This document shows positions 1-28,000 of a DNA stretch of 64,000 bases, in pieces. The notes under the pieces were generated by a model. That model was not told the origin of the DNA. It saw only the letters and a program-made list of their open reading frames with translations, and did not search any database. Each line of letters opens with the position of its first letter. Positions within the stretch are counted from its first letter, which is position 1. Both the position numbers and the translations under genes were made by a program. The stretch is from Acanthaster planci (Eukaryota): positions 2,053,838 through 2,117,837 of the forward strand of contig NW_019091362.1 in the NCBI RefSeq assembly GCF_001949145.1, given 5' to 3'.

Positions 1-3000
1 GCACGGAGGAAGAAAACACGTGCCTTTGGAAAACTCCTCGCATGTCTGCACAGTAACTGTTTCATATCTATCCTGCTTATCCCCACTGCGTTACTGAAGG
101 ATGTGTGGCCAATTGCTTTCCCGCCGTTGGTTGAACCATAGAGATAGGACTCCGGATCTTGTAGTCTCGGTGTTCTTATTACTTGGGACAACGCAAAGTC
201 GCTCAAAAGTCTGGCACCCAGAACGCTTTACCGTCTATTACCCAGGAAACGCTGTTGATAATGCCTGATTGTAATGGGGGTCTAAAACTGCAGGTTTTTT
301 TTCATTCCGGGCTGGGAGGGGGGGTGTTGGACCTCAATATTAAGTGGTTCTCTTGTTCTTTACAAAAGGGAGTCACACAGTTGCGCACGTTTTGTTTGCA
401 CGGTGGCTGGGATTAGCCTGCGACGATACCGTATTCACGTCCTAACCGGAATTAGTTGAAAAGGCTTCATGCTGTCGCGGACTTTCTACCACCTATAGTG
501 TTGAGAAAAAGCGGGTCGATGTGGTAAAAGAGGTCCTTAGTATTAAATAGCAAGCACGTGTTAATAGCCTCAGAATCAACACGCTCGGGCGTTCAAACAG
601 ATGAGAATCTTTTTTTTTTATTAGCACTTTGCCAAGACTAGGCAGATTTCTTTTTAAGCTGACCACAAATTTAACACATTGCCTAATTAGCATTACTTGT
701 ATTTGTTAACATTATGCCAACCGTTAATTGATCCTGCTTCCTGTTATTCAAGTGAATGTTGTATACACTGCATAGGCTATCCATATGTATTGGACCTTGC
801 CTTGCTTTACTATTAGTGTAATAGTAACTTCAACTAACCATCGAGGAACTTGGTCTTTGCTACAACCATGTTTACAGCCTCTGCTTGACTCAAAATACGC
901 GATAACACATTCAAGAGGAACTTGAATCTGAAGAGTATCATGAGGATCCTCAGCCGTAGCCATTATTGCTTTACGTCTCATTCTCATTCCGCACTGTACA
1001 TGAGCATTACTAAGGGGTTGATTCGAGCCGTGCTCATCAAGAGAATGATGTAACTGTGCTGCTTGAAAAATTCAATTTGGAAAGGGGTCCCTATTAGTCG
1101 AATGAGGCTGCATTGAGAAGGTATGATTTCGTTTATGTCAAGTGCAGAGAAGGTAGCCGGTCGATAGTTGCCTAATGCCATTCCGGCATTTGCTCCCTGA
1201 CAAGTGTGGACAAATGTTTCATGGAACATTGACCTTGGTGCCTGTGACTGATTTATAATACACTTGAGTCATCAATTCCACTCTCATCCTACCGAGGAAG
1301 GGGATATATTTATTATTTCGCTTTCGACCATTACGAGTTATTTGTTTTCCCTCAGCGGTAAATGCTCAGAAGAGTCATTCTTGATGGAACTTTAAGAGAC
1401 CAAAAGTCTTCTAGTCGAAAAACAGAAGGTCAGGGTGTTTTAAATTATTTATGTCAACGGAACCTTTATCACGCGAGGAACACGTGTCACTGACTCCCGT
1501 GCTAGAAGAAGATTTCTCAACATCGACAAGTTAATCCATGGATGCGTCGCTTGCTAAGCATCCTGAATTTAGCAGTTTAACCTGAACTGTACGATTGTAA
1601 CATCGCATGCCTTGAATACCGAACAGGTGATGGTCAGAATACAAGTGTGCCAGTTTTCCCAATCCTCCTATGGTCGTCCGTTGTCCCTGAGCAGTGTTGC
1701 GCCTGAAATCGGTTTTCAACTTTACACTTGTACCTCCACACAAACCGTTACCGACCTGTAGAAAGCCACGCCATTTTTGTCATTTTACCTTTTATTTTTT
1801 TTTAACCATACTCCTGTACTTTGAGGAGCTGTTTCATGGTCCCACACGCGAGCTTATGGTATTCTCTGTGAAACGTGCAAATATGTGTGGCGCAACGCGA
1901 GTCGATGCTGATCAACTGACTTGTACAAGTCTATTTCGATGCGCTTCTTGACGACGTTCGTTGCTCTGCCAGGCATAGAGCCAGCGCTATGCTCTTAAGT
2001 CTATGGTGCCAGTTGTGTGTACCGCACCTCCTCAGTGTCTCATCTCTTTGAGGAAATATTTTCGACAGTTTTGTTCATGGGAACGTTGTTACTTTTTAAA
2101 ATTTCTGTTTAGCTTAGAATGGGTTTAGCAAAGCCTGCTGAGATTTTTGGTTTTGTTTAGTTTTTGTCGTGGCGTTCATCGACAGTAGTATCTTCACATC
2201 AGATTGGAGTATTTGTGTTTTGAAAGTCTGTCTTTGTTGATCAGTCAAGGGCAAGGGATATTTTCGGTCAAATTAAATCAATTCATATCAAACTTCAAGT
2301 CTTTCAGCAACGTTTGGGATGCGTTGTCATTTTTTATATTATTATTAGTTTAATGGTGCATTGATATCGTGTGTGAATTGATCTGAAAAATAGTCCCCTT
2401 CCTCTGTTTACTTATTAATCCACCTGGGTTGAATACGAAGTATACATTCTGTATCCTGTGGCAAAGTCTGCCCACTCGGGTCGATGGTTCCATCCTGGCG
2501 TCATCACAAGCCGGTTTTGTCGACAACTTGAGTAGAGCCAGGTTTCGCCCTATGGCCTGGCCCTGCCGCGTCTGGGCAGCGGAACGACACTAGCAGTTCC
2601 AGACCGTGCGGCGTGGCGGCGGCCTGCGCGGTACCACCGGCCATGCGTCAACAATCCGGGTGGCGGGCACCGATTGGATGTGACAGCAGTTGACCTAATC
2701 AGCTTTCTTGGGATCACGATGGAGATTCTAGCGCCATGAACCAAGCTTTTTTTTTCAGAACAAACCGGGCTGGGTTTTGGGGGTCAATGTTCCTGTGGCC
2801 GGTCGCACAACTTTCTGTTGAGACACTAGCCGGCCGGTTTAGCTTACACTGTATGCCATCGGGTCAATGAAAAAGCACACTGAATATGCACACTGCCGGA
2901 GTCTCAAATAAGGCCATTCTGAATGCTGCACCACCCAAGTTGATATCCTTGAGTATATACATACAGTAATTTGGGAGGTAACTGCATAGCATGAGTGGTC

Positions 3001-3973
3001 GAGAGAGACATTTTGTCTCAGCGTCGACACTTGTCATGGTGGATGCTCATGCAGCCTTCTTCAAGTTCTTGAGAGCAAGTTATAGCATTGGTTCGCGATG
3101 ATGGTGCACACCTAGTAGCCACCCTTGCGTGATGGCCTATCCACATGGGTGCAGGGGGGAGCTCGGCCCTGGCTACATTTGCTGAATTTATAATTCAAGC
3201 AGTCCGTGTATTTATACATATTTTAGAAATTCGAAGAGCCAGCACTTCACAACCAGTATTGTGGCAATAGCAACACCAGTAGGTATTTTGCCGACCAAAC
3301 ATTTGGCCTAGCTTTCATTTCAGAAGAAAATCCCTTAGGAGAGCAATTATTTTAGAATACAGTTTTTATATAGCGCATTCACACTTACTCCTTAAAGCGC
3401 ATTACAAATTGACCAAATGATACATTAAGATTAAAAAAAAATGACAGCAGCCATATGGAAGTAATATAAATGGAACTTTTACAAGTGAGTCGGATTCCCC
3501 ACCCGACCTCAAACTGGGTATGCAGCAAAATGTCTATGGTTGCACACCCAGTTTTGCACAATGGATATAACTTGGTTGAGTCAGAATGAGAGCACCACTG
3601 TCACCCTTCGGGTTTCGTCCTACGTGCTCAACCTTGCCGCAGAAAACCGAGGTGTTAACTTGACACCCTTGGTTTCAATGAAAATTGAAGGACAACACCA
3701 GTTCTCAATAGACCGCTCATCGAGTGGGCGGCCCAAGTTTGCAGAGATATTACCCTTGGGTGGTGTCAGATTTTCGTTGAGTATTTAGAAATGTTCATCG
3801 TTCTTGTGTTGTGATAGCTGCCTGAGATTGTTACACACTAAGTGAATTGTTCTTTTGCGTTTGTAATGACGGGCAGTTGTGACTTACCAACCACATATGC
3901 CGGCATAAGTACACCGAGTGGTGATTTAAAAACACAATCCTTTCAGATTATAAGGTAACGCTTGTCTCTGTTG

Positions 3974-4012
3974 TTGTAAGCAATTCGTTGTAAGCAATTT
4001 GTAAGCAATTCG
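3974..4012 (+). repeat. Short tandem repeat ttgtaagcaat(tcg) x3
   Basis: Units at 3974, 3988 and 3999. Confidence 0.85.
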
Positions 4013-7000
4013 TTCAAGAAATTGCTGCATAAACAAATTACAGGAGACTTATTTTGTACGTTAATTTTGGAACGCATCTGGCTTGTGTTTATTCAACTAC
4101 TTACGTCATTGTAATCGGACAACCACGCTCCCTTTTTCTTGGCAAAAACAGAGGACACATAATCTCCTTATTACTATCCTCCCCGAAAGCACAGAATCTC
4201 ACCTTGTCCAAACTGAAACCACCAAGCGCTTAGGTGATATCCCGGGGAGGTGGAAAATTAGAAATGGGAGCTCTGGCGTCGGCGCTGTCCGCAGTGTCCT
4301 CTGGGTCCACAATTTGCCTGACAGGGGGGTCGGAAATTGGGTTGTTACATTCAGAATTGATTAGCGTTACATGGGCAGACTGCAAGGTGTTGGGCTTATA
4401 ATGTTACACGATTAGGATTACAGCCAGGTTCGTCTTGGGTGCACACATCCTTTGAATTGGGCGCGGATCAGGTGCGGCTCGGCCGGTGTATAAAGTGCAT
4501 CCTAACACCGACCAAGGTTCAGCCTCAACTGACGGCTTTTATTGAGATGATTGGTCCCGTCACTTGGGCCAATTTATTCACCTCACTCGCTGGCGGCACC
4601 CCCTTTAGAGTTGAAGCCAACAATTTTCGTTTCCCCCTCGCAAAAGGGATCATATTCTGGCAGAAAATCTTTGACTGCGAGTAAGCCTAAGTGAGCTGGT
4701 CCTTAAAAGGTATTCGCGGGCACAGGGCCGAGGTTTTACAGGGGGCCTCTTTGGACAGGTGGGCGGGTGTTAGCCAGGCTCTTGACACGTAAGGTTCCCC
4801 CCTGTCTTTTTCAACATTCCTCAACATTTATCATCATTGAATAAAGTGAATTTATCGTTGTTATTTACAGCTCCGCTTTTGGTGGGTTGTGAAAAACAAA
4901 AGAGCATGACTCGCCTGGGCAAAGTGTGGTCACGATATAGTGCCATTAAACGCATGATTCACGGGACTTGAACAAGGAGGCATTCACGAAAAGGATGGAT
5001 CATGTTCGGACATCTCGCTCCGTCAAATCGTTAATTATCAACGTCACCGTCGCGACAATTCTCCAGGAGATAACTTTCTTCCCGCTTTTCAGGCGACAGT
5101 GAGTTCAGAAAGTGACGTCCTTGGAACCAGCCAGAATGATTTCAGCAAGAGGTGATGAGCAAATCGCATTCCGAACATTAATCAAAAGACCCCGTTTTGT
5201 CGGAAGCACCCTAGTACGCCCGTTGTCCTCAACTGCAAACATTTCTCCATGCTGTAATGAGAGCAAGGGTACTAGTATTACGTTGAGTCCAACAGGTCCT
5301 CATCAGTGATTTATATACATTTAATAAAAAAATAAATCCAACCGGCATTTTACACATTCATGTCTCTTTGCCCAAATAAACAATGCATTCCGTATACGGT
5401 CGTATTTCACGTGTCACCTCGTGTTAAACTCGCCTTTTCAAATCCTCGCATAGGTAGGGCAGGTGCCTTGTCGACTCTCATTGGCCAGTAATTTACGACA
5501 TTCCACCAGAGTAATTTTCATGACCGAACGATGTGATAAAAACAATTTCTACCAAGGACACTGAACCGCCTCTGCTGTTTCTGTTGCTAGATCTGGACAC
5601 CTTTATTTCTTTTCCTTTTTTCCTGAATGGGCCCAGGAGGGATGAATCTTAATATCACATCGACCATGCAATGAGCTAAATGGAAATGTACTACATAATG
5701 TAAACGATTTTTTCTCCTTACAGTTGGCAAACTTGGCTGCACAACCTCCGGCTGGAGCAAGAACCACATTACCCCAACTTTGATTCCTACTCCAACCTGC
5801 ATATAATAATGACCCCTTTCCCGTATAATTTCAGTGGGTCTACCGACATGTGCCCTATTTTGAAGTTTAGCAAATGCTCTTAGACCCACAGTAAAAATAA
5901 AATTGGGAAAACGTTTCTTCACTCTAAGTTATAAAGCAAAGTTAAATATGAAGCTGATCCATTCCCAGCATGTTCTTGCAAAAGAGTAGAGACTTTGCTT
6001 TCAGCATGGAGGTAGGAAGAGAGCTTTCCTTGAAACTCTGGGCCGGAACACACATTTATTTTGTCAGGGAAGATACCTTCGAGCGTTTTCATTGTTAAAA
6101 CATTTCAGGTGTGATAATTTGCTTCAGTCGTGAAATGTATTAAATTATGAAGCAATTACCAGGAGTTTATTTAAACCTGTGACCGTTTTTGTTTTGAAAA
6201 GGAGTATTTAATTTATTTGCGCATGTGTGTATTTATGCTTTCGACAACTACTGCGACTCCTCTCTGGGTTGCCAATTGTTATCATAAATCGATTTCGATT
6301 GTCCGTTTGTCGCAGCTACATTGGCATTATTTTCTCAACTCATTTAGAATCTCGTCTTATGGTTATCCAGTGTGCTGAAGTGGTGGGGCAATATCGGCAA
6401 ATGTGATGTCACAGCTTGTGCTCGAACGATGCCCTACCTTGCCCAACGCCAAAATGCCCTGTAATAACCGCCAGCCAAGGGAAAACGCACGGTGCGGAAC
6501 TAAAATGAAATTTCACGGCTTTTGGTTTCCAACAAAATTTGAAATACTTCTAAAAACCACACTGCCGAAGCCGACCTTTCAAGTGCCGTCTTTCCTGTTT
6601 TTCTCTCCCTCTGGGAATTCCGGCACAAGCTGGAAGGGCACAATGTAGATACATGTACATGAAATACCCAACCCAAGTATGTCCATTTTCTTCGTCATTA
6701 GCCTAAGAGTCAGGAAAATTTTGTCAAGGTCGTGGTCGTCAGCTGCACCATCTTTGAGACATGACCGGAACGAGGGCTCAAACATTTTTTTGTGTGGGCG
6801 TACTTCGTGAACTTTAATTTTATGCCCTCCTTTGTGGTGTGCAGGGTTTGCCGAAGAACGATAAGCTTGGTGCCCTTTTCTGCAAGCAAAGTGGAAAACA
6901 AACCTGCTCCATGTCGAATATTTTTGTGTCAAATTTTCGGTGTTGGGTGAAAATGGTTTGAAGATAACACCACATGGTTATTTATCTGTCATGCTTGATC

Positions 7001-7244
7001 AGAATCAATTCGTGAGAGGAATGTGCCGTTCACCTTTTTCGAACAGTATTGGGAATGCTCGGACCATCTACTGGAGAATGAACTTTAATCCAGTTGTAAT
7101 CTGAACCAAAAAAAATAGTGTCGCTGAACGGGGGGGGTGTGGTGAAGGGGGAGTGGGTGGGGTGAAGGGGATAGAGCCAACCTCTGCTGAGGCACTTAAT
7201 AAGTGCAGATTTTGTCGTCAAATGGGAGCCACTGCCGTCACGGT

Positions 7245-7305
7245 ATGATGCACGTGGTATTTTTTGGAGCTCTGTCGGGTTTATTTAGTGAATCAAGGCT
7301 AAGAG
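7245..7305 (+). CDS. BMPER: Candidate BMPER coding exon 1 (signal peptide MMHVVFFGALSGLFSESRLR-G)
   Basis: ATG at 7245, 20 codons plus 1 nt, then a strong donor GAG|gtgagc. Phase 1 matches the 9890 acceptor and the core is hydrophobic. No homology support. Confidence 0.35.
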
Positions 7306-8029
7306 GTGAGCCGTTGTGGTCTCTTTTCATATCTTTGGGAAAACTATGCACAAGTAATCAAGTGCAGGTGGTTTGGGATGCTAACACTATATTTAATGGT
7401 CATTTTTAAAGGTGAACAATGCTGGAATAAAGCATTTTCGTGGCCAGCATGTGTCCAGGAAATCGGGTCTTTTTTGTAAACCTCCTTGGTCCGCAAATGT
7501 TTGCTCTTTTAAAGAAATTATTAATGTAACAGAAGGGGATCATACACCATTGCTGTTATCTTGACTGTAATGATGAATGGGTATAATTGCAGTGTCATCT
7601 CTTCAAAAGTGTTTCTTGCAATTTCACCTCCCTGTTCTCTCCGCCCCACCCCCTAGAGGGGACTAAAATTGCAGACACCGCATACCCAGTGGGTAGGTCT
7701 GTTCAATGTCCACAAGGGTGGAGCTTAATTTCTCTGTACAGGTTTGCGTATACATTCTACCTCACATGGCTGAGTAAATTATCGAGTGTACATGTACGTA
7801 ACGGGAAGCCATCAATTTTGAATCAATGCTCAGTTTGGGTCCAAGCCAGACTCGTATTTCGAAGCTCACTGGAACTATAAGATTGATAATTCAGATATGC
7901 TATTGCTAAGTGTTTGACTACGTGTACATGTAGGCTAGGCCCCCATGTAACGGCATGTGGTGTACAGTACTGTACATGCAAGTGCATGTACATGTACAAG
8001 CGATCGGCTTCGACACTGAAGAGGCAGAG

Positions 8030-8240
8030 ATCGGTCAACGGAAATGGGAGTAACGCGTTTTTGCGCTAATGTGCTTGTTTGTGCGATTGGGTGGTTTTCT
8101 CAATGTGTTCAGAATGCGCCAATCAGTTATTCCTATAGCCCATGCCCAGTACCAACCTATCCGGGAACGCGCGCGCGCGTGCGATAGTCCCATCAGCGCA
8201 GCCTTACATTGGTTCACGCGCGCTTTTTTCCCGGAAGACC
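8030..8240. promoter_or_regulatory. CpG-rich promoter/enhancer-like block upstream of the BMPER VWC1 exon
   Basis: CCAAT boxes at 8086, 8119 and 8208; ETS-like CCGGAAG at 8231; (CG)6 at 8168-8179. Confidence 0.35.
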
Positions 8241-9889
8241 TTTGCTTTTGGATTACAGAACTGGCTCGTTGTATTGATAAATTGCGGGAAAATAGGATAG
8301 GAGTAGGTCCAGGAGTAGGTCTGCACTGTTAGTTGGTTGCACAGCCACTCATCATTTGGGAGTGACAAGTTCCCAGTTTTACTTGAGGTCAAGCTGATAG
8401 ATGCTAATTGTAGCTCTGGGTTTCTTAATCAGACTTTGCAGTAGTCATTTCTGATCAGTAGCTTAAGCTTTTGCCATTTGCAAGCTCAGCTCGCATGCGG
8501 TACTTCTAAAATCGGAATTTATAACCCGAACCTAGTTCAGTTGCGTTTAACAAGCAAGTTCGTCAACTCAGGTATTTGAACGACAGACGTCACGATTGCT
8601 GACGTCATGCAACTTAATTTGCATTTGTTTCATGTAAAGCAGAAATCAGCCTGTCAGACTGAGCATGGTGGACTTCAAAGTAATGAAGTGGTACGAAGGA
8701 CTATTGTGACTGTGGGAATAGTTTATTATGAACAGCTAGGGACCTATGGCCTTTCTGTTTTATCACGCTGAATAATTGCCTCGTGTTGGCTACGTGTTTC
8801 AGAATAAACCTCTGCGTACAATGTACAGTTCACTGCAATTTTAATCAGATTGAAGCAAGCTTTTTCTTGGATTTGGTCCCATGATCGAACTTTTATAAAA
8901 TGAAGCCATTCACGCACTTGATATGTAACTTTGTTGGTACCGCTAAATTGTTTGGCATTAGTTTTTGAAGGCTTAACTTGTCAGGGTTGCTGCAGTAGGG
9001 TTCGTCTGGAGATGGATGGAACAAAAGTATTTTTTGCCTAGCCTGGGGCGCTGGGGTCACGCACTGCTGCGAGACTGTCACGAAATAAAGGATGTGACAA
9101 CACGCTAGATCTCGCCGCGAGATGGATCATCTGCGTTGTTTTCTATAAAGAAAGTGCGGTATTGAATAGAAGTTGGACAAAGTATTCCGTGACTTAGCGA
9201 ACAGTTTGAAGAGATCGTAAGGCTATTTCAGCAACGGGGGGGGGTGCTGGCAGCTCAGCAACAAAATAAAAACCACAAAATCGCATTGTCCCCCTACAAG
9301 GCGACCTTTCCATTTATTGTTATGAAATGAGTTTAACCTCATTTATTATAAATGTAAAAAAGGCAGGTTTACGCACGAGATACGAAATACAGTTTCGAGT
9401 TGGCGGTTTGTTCTTTAACCGTTCAAGCAGAGCGGTATCCGTTCCATCACAGTACAAAAACAAAATTAAGTTTTGTTGCATTTTCATTTATATAGGCCCT
9501 ATTCTCAAATACGTCCTAGCGATCGCTGTCGTTATTTCTGTATTTCATGTTACATGGTAGCTCAAGATTTGAAGTCTTCATGCCAACAAATTGTGCATCA
9601 ATCCATTTCACAGAATATTGCAATGCTTGTGTGTCCAGAAATGGGTCACATGCATGCTGCCTATTACCAGCTATGCATGTTGAGAGACGCACACTCCACG
9701 GGGGAATTGTCGTGGCCCGGGGATCGGGGGGGGAAGCGGTAATATGCACATCATTTGGCGGGAAATTAGAGGGTACATATTTAACGCAAACCTCAGCCAG
9801 TCGGTAATTGGAATCAGTCCGATTTGCCTCGATGTGTTCCAGGGTAATGTTTCTGAATGTCTCTCTCTTATGTGTGACTTCCCTGATAG

Positions 9890-25017
<15,128 letters not shown>

Positions 25018-28000
25018 TATCTCCAACGCTACCTGTGTTGACTTAACTTGTTCAATAATGTTTTACATTGTCAAAATTATGAAAGATCTGTTTCTCTCTT
25101 ACTGAATCAATTGCCATGCGTAGTAAACATCGCTCTTGAAGTAAGGCTACCCACTTTCGCAGTGAAGATGTCTCAGAGGACAGGTACCCCTGAGACAGTA
25201 TCACCTTTAGTCTGTAGTCATTGGTACGTATCAATGTGACTTCCGCTCGTGTAGGGCGTGTTACATACATAATATGCCGTTTTGTCTCTAACAAGTATGC
25301 GCCCCCACAAACGTCTCTACAAACCGAAAGTCTTTGGTCAAAGGTCAAGAGAAAATCCAGGACTACCATGATTTCGAAATATGTACTTGTAATTAAAGGT
25401 CCAGCTTGGAAATTTATTTGTGACGGATCGAAGAATATGTGTTTTTTTACGATACATTTGACGTGCATGTAAATAGCCAGTATCATTTGGGCAAGTACGG
25501 ATGACGGTTGTATAGTAAGAGCATCCTTTGTGTCTCTGACTTGTTTGTTGTCTTGTAACGTCCACATGCAAAGCATGCTCGTTTTAGTTAAGAAACTTCG
25601 TTTAAGACATGTTACTGTCAAGTTGCTGTGTTACCGGATGGCCTTGTCACCGCTTAATAACTTTGGATGGGATTGGCCTTGGCGTCCCCCGATTTCTATG
25701 CCCAAGAATATTGGCCGACCACACAGATGTTTGGTCGACATGTCGTCGCCGGGGATTTGGATGTAGACCTACATGTATATTCACATCCACAAATATTTCC
25801 TGAGTTTTCTTTACTGTTGGTTGTTTTGGTTGGTATTTTTCCTTTTTTTTTAATTTTCTTGGCCCTCCTGCCTTGAGGGGTGGCTTTGTGTTCTATTTTG
25901 TTATTTTGTTGTTGTGATTATTGTCGCTAATGGTGTCGCTGTTGTCATTGTTGTTGTCGTCACTGTTGTTGTGTTGGTCGTTGTTGTCGTTATCGTTGTG
26001 AATTTGATACTTTTGTACACTGTGGTGTTAAATTATCGCCAATAGCTTCTATATATGATAACAACGAGCTAATTTTGTCCGGCACAAATACCCAGGCTAT
26101 GAAGTTTAAATCACAGTATTTGCAATGTCTATTCTGGTTCTACCCTAGTTTATGGGGATGTAGATTTCCTTTTATATAGACCCATATAATGGCATGCTTG
26201 AAACATAGATTTTTAGGATGTGTACCTTTCTTGAGAGACTTTATTTTGCAGTATTTCTAATGACATAATGAGGTAGGAGTCAGAAAATTAACCGTGTCGA
26301 GAGAACCGTGTCCTTTCGCATGACATATTCAGTGAAACTGAGAGTTTTAAGTAATTGGCTAATAACATTACAATGAATGCTGATGGATTCACAGTGACTC
26401 GACACTCCCGCTTTATCTGAACTTCAACCCATTCCTTTCAATCTTTGCGTATGGCCCATTGAGACACCTGACGTGCATTTTTATGCAGACCTCATAGCTG
26501 ATCATTTTGGTATTGTGCAGTGTTGACTTTGACCCATTTGAACATTTCCGTGGCGTCAGGTGCACGTTGTGTTTTGATTGTTCCCGCGTGTCATGGCCCT
26601 AATGGAACAATTTACAAAAGCATAGTATAGGGAAACGACCCTTTGACCGCTTTGCATGAGGGGGGGAGTAATTTTGGCCCTATCAGACCCTGTCAAAAAT
26701 CTTCCAACTGCCAAGCAGAAATTCAGAGGTAACGGCCAACTCTCATATACATGCATCTCTGTTTTGACAAGTCGTTTGATTTGTACTTGGCAAATTAATT
26801 TCATGAGCTAATATTCCGTATTATCTTGTCGAATTGGCACTTTTAGTCTGTGCAGAAATGAACGATCTTACCTGGTTTTGATTAAATGGAGCACCCACTA
26901 TGCTTCTACTGCAATGCACTCTGCTTCAAGAACATAAACAGAAATCTTCATAGTGTCGAAACAGTAATGCTTGAAGTAAACTTACTATTGTACGTTGGGT
27001 AAAAATTGACCTGTATATAGCAATCAAGAAGCAGTGTCCTGTTTGTCAGGTTGTGTTACTCTTGTTGAGTCTTTGTTCGTGGTGGTTTTCATTTTCACGT
27101 GTTTTAATCATTGGAAACCTCAAAATTGAGATACCTCGAAGAACTTTGCGTTAAAACGAATAGGCCTGAAAGTCTGTATTTTGGTATTAGGGTGTTTTTG
27201 TTTTGGTATATCAGCCATTAGGTCGTATTAGGTCGTTGTTTGGATAACCGGTGAAGCCTTCAATATAATTAGCTATAAAAACAATGTTAATGTTTAAAAG
27301 TGAATTTTGTAAATTATTTCAACAAAGTTTGATGTTCTTCGGGCATACATTAATCAGTATCTACTCCAGCTAGTATGTGTTATATCATTGATCAACCCGG
27401 TATTTTGAAATTCAACGATTATCAACAAATTACTCGTCGGAATGTATTAAGTTGAATTTTGCCATATACCAGACTCTGGGTATTTGTGTATTTTATTGTA
27501 TTCTGTTACATTGAACATGTTGCCAAATGTACAGCAATTTTTCAAGAGCTACTTTGTAATGTAATGAAGCTATACAACTGAATTGTTTTAGGTTATAGTG
27601 CAATATCAGTGTATTATAATGTGTTCATATTTCAATTTCCTAGATTTGAATATATTAACTGTAGATTTTACCGAAATATTTCAAAATGATAGCTGTTAAA
27701 GTATTCTGGAAGAAAAGGACTCTACATAAGAAATTCAATTTTCAAGCGTTATTACGTTTTTTGTAAGGGGACATGGAAGATCTACAGCACCACCGACGCC
27801 CGGCAGTATTGTTAACTCTGTTTAAAAGACCCTTTTTATTGTACAGTTGTCATTAATCATTATTTTAATGGTGGGTAGTCTTTGTATTGTAAGAAACGCG
27901 TGGAAGTATTCCATGATACAACAAGTTATTTTTAAGATAAAAATTCCCTGGAATATAAAACTATTCTGAATTAGTTTGCCTTTTACATCCCGGAACTCTT

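Noticed and set aside
748..1229. Adjacent minus-strand ORFs as a transposase fragment
   Set aside because: Only a CKHGCS-like word suggested it; no catalytic or extended motif was found.
1252..1363. Hydrophobic frame ending SLSG|gtaaat as BMPER exon 1
   Set aside because: In-frame stop at 1249-1251 and no ATG before the donor.
6870..6932. Similarity to 46520-46585 (minus-strand YSTW.RFVF peptides)
   Set aside because: Short, gapped and low identity; cannot be distinguished from chance or a very old repeat.
25052..25621. 189-aa minus-strand ORF
   Set aside because: Antisense to the BMPER 3' UTR, non-ATG start, no recognisable domain.
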